Of a stretch of DNA of 64,000 nucleotides, positions 57,198 to 64,000 are shown piece after piece. The notes below the pieces were generated by a model. It saw nothing but the letters and a program-made list of their open reading frames with translations, made no database searches and had not been told where the DNA came from. Position 1 is the stretch's first letter. The number at the start of each line of letters is the position of its first letter. The DNA is from Eubacteriales bacterium. GTDB taxonomy: Bacteria; Bacillota; Clostridia; Oscillospirales; CAG-272. The DNA is taken from NCBI GenBank assembly GCA_045604985.1, contig JAZUPD010000087.1:1647-65646 (forward strand), in the 5' to 3' direction. Made by a program: the position numbers and the translations under genes.

Positions 57198-57733
57198 CTT
57201 TTCATTTCGAGATATGCACGCAAAACGCAGACCTGTGTTTTTGCGTCATATATCTCTCCTCTCATTACCATCTCCTTAAGCGTTTCAAGGGGAACACGGG
57301 TGACCTCAAGGAATTCATCTTCATCGGGGTGTGTTTCGCCAAAGGTCAATCCCTTTGCAAGATACATATGGATAACCTCGGTAAAAATTGCAGGAGAAGG
57401 ATATAGCTTACCTAGATATATAAGCTCATTGCATCTCGCCCCCGTCTCCTCGCTAAGCTCTCGTAGCACCGCCGCTCGGTGGTCATCCTCTCCCTCCTCC
57501 AGCTTTCCCGCAGGGATTTCAAGCAGCACCTCACCGTGTGCATATCGGAATTGACGTACGCATATAACATCCCCCTCGTCTGTAAGAGGAAGTACGCATA
57601 CTGCCCCTCTGTGATGAACAAGCTCACGCACAGCCTCCGCTCCGTTTGGAAGCTCCACCTTATCTACCGTAACACGCATTACTTTTCCTTCAAATATCTC
57701 TTTTGAAGATATCTTATTTTCTTTCAGTTTCAT
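57194..57733 (-). CDS. NUDIX hydrolase (ADP-ribose pyrophosphatase type)
   Basis: NUDIX box GKLEEGEDDHRAAVLRELSEETG. 179 aa. Overlaps the apbE start by 4 nt. Confidence 0.8.
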   Translation of the reverse strand: MKLKENKISSKEIFEGKVMRVTVDKVELPNGAEAVRELVHHRGAVCVLPLTDEGDVICVRQFRYAHGEVLLEIPAGKLEEGEDDHRAAVLRELSEETGARCNELIYLGKLYPSPAIFTEVIHMYLAKGLTFGETHPDEDEFLEVTRVPLETLKEMVMRGEIYDAKTQVCVLRAYLEMKR

Positions 57734-57772
57734 AAAAACGCTCCTTTGCGCCTAAATAATTCTCTAAAGTAT

Positions 57773-57801
57773 ATTATACAATATTTTTTGGCAAATGTAA
57801 A
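57773..57801 (-). promoter_or_regulatory. sigmaA-type promoter of the nudix-apbE unit
   Basis: Minus strand: TTTACA (57801-57796), 17 nt, TATAAT (57778-57773). Confidence 0.5.
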
Positions 57802-57809
57802 GAAATTAC

Positions 57810-57838
57810 TTGATTTATACGAAAAAATTTATTATAAT
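57810..57838 (+). promoter_or_regulatory. sigmaA-type promoter of tcdA (divergent from the previous one)
   Basis: TTGATT (57810-57815), 17 nt, TATAAT (57833-57838). Confidence 0.5.
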
Positions 57839-57867
57839 AAAAGCATATAGCATTATGGGAGTTGAAA

Positions 57868-58569
57868 ATGAACAAAGATGAACTTTTGAGACTTGCCATG
57901 GTAATAGGCGAGGATAAAATAAATATGTTAAAGGACTGCCGTGTTGCAGTCTTTGGAGTTGGCGGAGTCGGGGGACACTTGTGCGAAGCCCTTGCAAGAA
58001 GCGGAATAGGTCATATTGACATTTTTGATAATGATACTGTTTCCCCCTCCAATCTCAACCGCCAGATAATTGCCCTTCATTCCACCATAGGACAAAAAAA
58101 GGTCGACGTTATGCGCCAAAGGATTCTTGATATAAATCCCGAGCTTGACATAAGGGCGCACGATGTTTTTTACAGTGCGGAAAATGCTGACCTTTTCCCG
58201 CTCACGGAATACGACTATATTGCAGATGCAATAGATTCACTTCCTTCTAAGCTGGAACTGATAAAAAGAGCCAAAGAAAGCGGAAGAAACATAATCTCCT
58301 CAATGGGAACCGGCAATAAGCTTGACCCCTCAAGGCTCGAAATTGCCGATATTTCAAAAACCGAATATTGCCCTCTTGCAAAAAGCGTTAGAATTTCTCT
58401 GCGGAAAATGGGGATAAATCACCTCACTGTTGTATTTTCAAGGGAAGAACCGATAAAAACAGGCGAGCGTACCCCGGGAAGCACCGCTTTTGTCCCCGCC
58501 TCCGCAGGACTTCTCATGGCTTCTAAAATCATAAAGGATCTGTGCGAAAAAATCCGCATTTCCCCTTGA
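57868..58569 (+). CDS. tcdA: tRNA threonylcarbamoyladenosine dehydratase (ThiF/E1-like)
   Basis: VAVFGVGGVGGHLCEALARSGIGHIDIFDNDTVSPSNLNRQ. Start at ATG 57868, 6 nt after GGGAG. Confidence 0.8.
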   Translation: MNKDELLRLAMVIGEDKINMLKDCRVAVFGVGGVGGHLCEALARSGIGHIDIFDNDTVSPSNLNRQIIALHSTIGQKKVDVMRQRILDINPELDIRAHDVFYSAENADLFPLTEYDYIADAIDSLPSKLELIKRAKESGRNIISSMGTGNKLDPSRLEIADISKTEYCPLAKSVRISLRKMGINHLTVVFSREEPIKTGERTPGSTAFVPASAGLLMASKIIKDLCEKIRISP

Positions 58570-58594
58570 CCTTGGGCGAAAAATAATGTATAAT
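58566..58594 (+). promoter_or_regulatory. sigmaA-type promoter of the LytM-domain gene
   Basis: TTGACC (58566-58571), 17 nt, TATAAT (58589-58594). Confidence 0.5.
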
Positions 58595-58638
58595 ATAATA
58601 AATAACTGTACAGATTTGAAAAATCGGGAGATATTATT

Positions 58639-60267
58639 ATGAAAAAAAACATCATTTCGGTGCTTTGCGTTCTGCTTCTTTTTATCCCAACATACATAGC
58701 CATTGCAAGCTATATCACAACGCAAAATGCCCCTATTTCCAATAACTTCGTTGAAAAAATCGACATTGCTGACCTTTCGGGAGAGACATTCACCGTTGCA
58801 AAAACCAATGCAGAGGGTGATCTCGTGAGTTTCTTCGTTTCCATGAACGCAAATGCAACGAAGGTTGCGGAGCTTCCCGAGCCACTGGTTGGAACTGACT
58901 TCTATAAGGTCACATTCCACAGCGGAAATGTTGCAGAGGATTATAAATATTATCTCAATACAAAGGGAGCTCTCAGCTATTCTGAATTTCCCGACGGAAC
59001 TGTATATCAGCTTACCGTTTCGGATGTCAATAAGTTTCTCAAAACCCCCTATGCACTCTCTCTTTTCTCCGAGGATTCACTTCCCATACTTAAAAATTCC
59101 GCAGGCGAGAGCATAATACCGACAAGCGTAAACTGGAATTATAAACTTGATGGCGAAAAATATAGCCCTCTCTCCGGATTCAAGACCACGGAGGAGCTTA
59201 TAACATATGAGATGGCAGGCGGGCTTGATCTTGCTTTTAGTACAAAGGCCGACCTTTATACACTAAAGGTATATGATAAAAATTCCACCCTTATCTATGA
59301 CGGCTCAACGAACGATCTCACAAGTCTTTCCTTTGATACAGCCTCCGACCTTACCTTTATGGTAAAGGCTTCTTGGTATGAGGATAACACCCGAGATTTC
59401 TATGGCGAGGCGACATACAATTTCAGAACAAAACTCATCGCAAGAGCTGAATTTTTCATCGGTGAAAGCGAGGGTGTTCAGCCCGGAGATTTTGTTTCAA
59501 TTACGGGCTATAACGTTTCGGACCCAGCAAAAATCAGATTCACAAGCAGTCCTTCCATCGGATATACACCTACCTTCTATGCAGAGGGAGACAGAGTTAT
59601 AGCATTCGTTCCGATTCATTATGAGCTTCCACACGGCTCATATGTATTTACTCTTTCCTACGGCTCTATTTCACAGGAGATAAACCTTGCGGTTGAGAGC
59701 AAGAAATTCAGAACCAATACCCATAAGGTCAGCAAGGTCATTGCAGAAAACACAAGAAACGAAACTTCACTTGCTGAGTTTGACGAGCTTTTTGCTTCCA
59801 TCTGTGCCCAAAGTGAAACAACCAAGTATTTCACCGAAAGTTTCATGGACTATGAGGGTCAAAAGTCGATGAAGGCAAAGATCACCGCAGGTTTTGGTCT
59901 TTACAGAACCATCTCATCGACAAAAGAGGAATATAGAAGCATCGGTGTTGAATGGAAGATGGCAAAGGGAACGAACATCCCCGCCTCAAATTCAGGAAAG
60001 GTCGTTTATGCGGGTATTTCCACATATGGAGGAAGAATGGTCGTTATCGACCACGGAATGGGTCTCAAAACATGGTATCTGCATCTTGACGAGATAAAAA
60101 CAAATGTCGGCGATATCGTTGCCCTTGGAGACATCATCGGAACTGCAGGAAATTCAGGCTTTGCAGAGGAGAACGGCATCTGCACAATAATGACTGTCGG
60201 CAATATACCCGTTTGCCCATATCGCACGTGGGACAGTGGTGTTGGAATCGGCATATATACAAAGTAA
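58639..60267 (+). CDS. membrane-anchored protein with degenerate C-terminal M23/LytM domain
   Basis: N-terminal TM (IISVLCVLLLFIPTYIAIASYI). The C-terminal block GTNIPASNSGKVVYAG...GGRMVVIDHGMGLKTWYLHL...GDIIGTAGNSG aligns to the M23 fold. Confidence 0.75.
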   Translation: MKKNIISVLCVLLLFIPTYIAIASYITTQNAPISNNFVEKIDIADLSGETFTVAKTNAEGDLVSFFVSMNANATKVAELPEPLVGTDFYKVTFHSGNVAEDYKYYLNTKGALSYSEFPDGTVYQLTVSDVNKFLKTPYALSLFSEDSLPILKNSAGESIIPTSVNWNYKLDGEKYSPLSGFKTTEELITYEMAGGLDLAFSTKADLYTLKVYDKNSTLIYDGSTNDLTSLSFDTASDLTFMVKASWYEDNTRDFYGEATYNFRTKLIARAEFFIGESEGVQPGDFVSITGYNVSDPAKIRFTSSPSIGYTPTFYAEGDRVIAFVPIHYELPHGSYVFTLSYGSISQEINLAVESKKFRTNTHKVSKVIAENTRNETSLAEFDELFASICAQSETTKYFTESFMDYEGQKSMKAKITAGFGLYRTISSTKEEYRSIGVEWKMAKGTNIPASNSGKVVYAGISTYGGRMVVIDHGMGLKTWYLHLDEIKTNVGDIVALGDIIGTAGNSGFAEENGICTIMTVGNIPVCPYRTWDSGVGIGIYTK

Positions 60268-60275
60268 AACAAAAC

Positions 60276-60314
60276 GGAGCTGATTCACCGCAGTGTGATT
60301 CAGCTCTGTTTTTT
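60276..60314 (+). terminator. intrinsic terminator
   Basis: GAGCTGATTCAC-cgcagt-GTGATTCAGCTC followed by tgTTTTTT. Confidence 0.6.
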
Positions 60315-60363
60315 ATCTAATTTTAAGTTTCAAGAAAAAATGTATTTAAGCATGGGGTTGTTT

Positions 60364-61215
60364 ATGAAAAAAATTATTATCGTGATTTCTCTTTGTATGG
60401 TCCTTGTCTCTCTCTGCTCTTGCAAGGAAAAAGAGCCAACATACGATGCAAATGAATTTTTACCTCTCACAGAGGAAACAAGATATCTTGAAATAGCCTC
60501 ATATGACGGTATGCGTCAGTTTACGGCACCAATGCTTCACAGAGAGGGCGCAAATGAAACAAAGCTACTTGAAGAAATAATGAACAGCTTCAGACAAACG
60601 CCCTCGGAAAAGGTCAAAAATTTTTCTCATGACAAAATAAAATTGCCCATATATGGATTAAAATTCACGGTAAAAGACAAGCCCTCTTTCTTTGCACTGT
60701 TTTCAAATGGACATCTGCTTACACAAAACGGAGAAGTATACAAATTTGATTATGATTTCGCATCTCTTATGGAAATGGATTTTCCTAAAGAACTCAAGAC
60801 GTCCGATTTAAACAACTCTTTTCCAGGTCTTCGACTTGTAGCAGAGGATAACGGAAAATGGATCGGCGATTTTATGACGGAAGCTGTCAACCTTTTTGAC
60901 AATTCTACCTCTCTTGTAAAAAAAGGAGTAACACTGGAAATAAAAGATTTTGACGGTAAAATTGCATACGGAATTATTCATAATGAAAATTATTCTCTGC
61001 TTGAATATAGCGAAGCCTTTAATTTTCATACTTTTGTTGACGGTGAATGGAAAAACGTTCCCCCTTTGCACGAATTTTATTTCATTGAGCCACTCTATAT
61101 GTCTGCAAAAAAGAATTTTGAAAAAGAATTTCACCTTGGTGTGTTTGCCCCCCTCCCTGCAGGGAAATACAGAATCATTTTCTGCGGACTCACCGCTGAA
61201 TTTGATGTTGAATAA
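60364..61215 (+). CDS. hypothetical lipoprotein
   Basis: MKKIIIVISLCMVLVSLCSC has a signal peptide and lipobox. No recognisable domain. Start at ATG 60364, because the ORF-track start lies inside the upstream terminator. Confidence 0.55.
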   Translation: MKKIIIVISLCMVLVSLCSCKEKEPTYDANEFLPLTEETRYLEIASYDGMRQFTAPMLHREGANETKLLEEIMNSFRQTPSEKVKNFSHDKIKLPIYGLKFTVKDKPSFFALFSNGHLLTQNGEVYKFDYDFASLMEMDFPKELKTSDLNNSFPGLRLVAEDNGKWIGDFMTEAVNLFDNSTSLVKKGVTLEIKDFDGKIAYGIIHNENYSLLEYSEAFNFHTFVDGEWKNVPPLHEFYFIEPLYMSAKKNFEKEFHLGVFAPLPAGKYRIIFCGLTAEFDVE

Positions 61216-61282
61216 TAAATAAATTCATTTTATTCCCTCAAAAAGCGTAAGATTATATAAAGCTACGCTATCGGAGGAGAAT

Positions 61283-62044
61283 ATGAGATCCAATATAAAA
61301 AACAACGAAAGCCCCTTGCGTTTTGCCATATCCTTTGCCTTTTTTTCGCTCATTCTTGCATTCATCGGTGCGCTCCTGCTATTTGCTGCCTCCTTTTTCT
61401 ATGGCAAGGTAAAAAGCCCGCAAAAAATACTGGATGCAGATGCCTCCCCGCTTCTTCCTACCGTTATTATCGACGCAGGACACGGAGGCGAGGACGGAGG
61501 GGCAAGCGGCAAGGGAGGCGCACTTGAAAAAGAGCTGAATCTTGATATAGCCTTTAAAATTTCAAATATGCTTCGGGCATCCGGGATAAGTGTGATAATG
61601 ACAAGGACCGAGGACATTCTGCTATACGACCGAAATGCCGACTACATGGGACATAAAAAATCCCTCGATCTCCGTGCAAGGCTCGACATTGCAAAAAGCC
61701 ATCCGAATTCAGTTTTTATCAGCATACATATGAACGCCTTCGGCGATGCAAGATACAAAGGGCTTCAAGTCTGGTATTCAAAAAACACCGATGGTAGCAA
61801 AATCCTTGCCGATACAGTACAAAAATATGTCAGAGAAACCCTGCAAAACGATAACGATAGAAAAACCAAAGCGGCAAATTCCTCAATATATCTTCTTGAC
61901 AGAGCTGTTTGCGATTCTATCCTCATAGAATGTGGTTTTCTTTCAAACGGCGAGGAAGAAGCCCTTCTTCTTGATGAAGGCTATCGAAAAACGCTGGCCT
62001 TTACTGTCTTTGCTGCAATAAAAGAATATTTTTCCGATTTATAG
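61283..62044 (+). CDS. cwlD: N-acetylmuramoyl-L-alanine amidase, CwlD-like (germination-specific type)
   Basis: N-terminal TM. VIIDAGHGGEDGGASG, ISIHMNAF and ILIECGFLSN are Amidase_3 motifs. Size and architecture match CwlD. Confidence 0.75.
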   Translation: MRSNIKNNESPLRFAISFAFFSLILAFIGALLLFAASFFYGKVKSPQKILDADASPLLPTVIIDAGHGGEDGGASGKGGALEKELNLDIAFKISNMLRASGISVIMTRTEDILLYDRNADYMGHKKSLDLRARLDIAKSHPNSVFISIHMNAFGDARYKGLQVWYSKNTDGSKILADTVQKYVRETLQNDNDRKTKAANSSIYLLDRAVCDSILIECGFLSNGEEEALLLDEGYRKTLAFTVFAAIKEYFSDL

Positions 62045-63400
<1,356 letters not shown>

Positions 63401-63478
63401 ATGTTTAATAACAGGAACAAAGCGTTCCATATAAGTAATAAAACAATTATCAAAAAGTTTTCTGTAAAAAATGGAAAT

Positions 63479-63515
63479 GAGCTGATTCACTTTTAGTGAA
63501 TCAGCTCCGTTTTTG
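63479..63515. terminator. intrinsic terminator shared by convergent genes
   Basis: GAGCTGATTCAC-tttta-GTGAATCAGCTC followed by cgTTTTT. Confidence 0.6.
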
Positions 63516-63647
63516 TGAGCAAAAATTCGGTGTACAAAGACTGAAACTACTCGTCTTTTGCCTCCCAAAATTTGTCATGTAAGTACAATATCCGTAAAAG
63601 TCCGCAAGAAGCGAGCTTGTACGTCTGAGTGAACTTATTTATTTGTT

Positions 63648-64000
63648 TTATCTTGAATATTTCTTTTTTGTGGGAAGCCAGCAGACATATCTGGAGTCCT
63701 CCCCCCACGTTTTACCGGCAGAGGAGAAATCTATTAGAGTTATCTTCCTGCCGTCGTCGGTTTTTGCCTTAAATTCAACCACCTTATCAAATTTGGCGAC
63801 GTGGGATTCTTCAAGGGATACGATATCATTCTCATCGTGAAGAATATCCGCTTTTTCGCTAACGTCCTCACCAAGTCTGGCATCCCTTGCAAGAACGATC
63901 GGACCGTATTTAACCGCAAGTCTGTATTCTGCATCCGATGAAGGAATTGCTATTCTGGGAACGATATAGTCCTGTCCCCATACGACCTCGGTTATTATCA
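63648..64000 (-). CDS. C-terminal fragment of an unidentified protein (continues off the right edge)
   Basis: Own translation of the minus strand gives ...VVWGQDYIVPRIAIPSSDAEYRLAVKYGPIVLARDARLGEDVSEKADILHDENDIVSLEESHVAKFDKVVEFKAKTDDGRKITLIDFSSAGKTWGEDSRYVCWLPTKKKYSR*. The frame is open for 117 codons to the window edge. The family was not recognised with confidence. Confidence 0.5.
   Translation of the reverse strand, partial: IITEVVWGQDYIVPRIAIPSSDAEYRLAVKYGPIVLARDARLGEDVSEKADILHDENDIVSLEESHVAKFDKVVEFKAKTDDGRKITLIDFSSAGKTWGEDSRYVCWLPTKKKYSR

Overview
This 64 kb window is a chromosomal segment of a low-GC, endospore-forming Firmicute of the class Clostridia. A dockerin-bearing LRR protein hints at a Ruminococcus/Oscillospiraceae-like organism, but that is inference only. 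Nearly all of the window is densely packed housekeeping and sporulation genes. These include rpmA-prp-rplU, gpmI, rpoB-rpoC, an alpha/beta SASP, polA, the complete spoIIIAA-AH operon, a malic enzyme and a T-box-controlled thrS. They also include a pit/DUF47 pair, dnaE, whiA, murB, coaE, prfA, tsaC/sua5, a gyrA/parC-family subunit, tgt, mutL, mutS, miaB, apbE, tcdA, cwlD and eno. The left edge carries a phage terminase small/large subunit pair that runs off the window. I saw no rRNA, tRNA, CRISPR array, IS element or integrase. I did not find a convincing new multi-gene system and will not claim one. The observations most worth a second look are listed here.
- An 836-bp gene-free spacer upstream of rpoB contains a GC-rich structured island, a perfect 17-bp palindrome, phased TGTAA-TTT repeats and a terminator-like leader hairpin.
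- Three families of near-identical terminator hairpins recur across the window.
- Two membrane-anchored proteins, an M23/LytM protein and a CapA-family protein, appear to have lost their catalytic metal ligands.
- The SpoIIIAG homologue is unusually short.
- A DUF1538 membrane protein is paired with a tandem P-II-like protein.
- A TIM-barrel gene has an intact N-terminus but no canonical start codon.
- An 11-bp tandem duplication covers the start codon of the topoisomerase subunit gene.
All protein calls rest on motif recognition from the supplied translations and my own partial translations. No database search was run.
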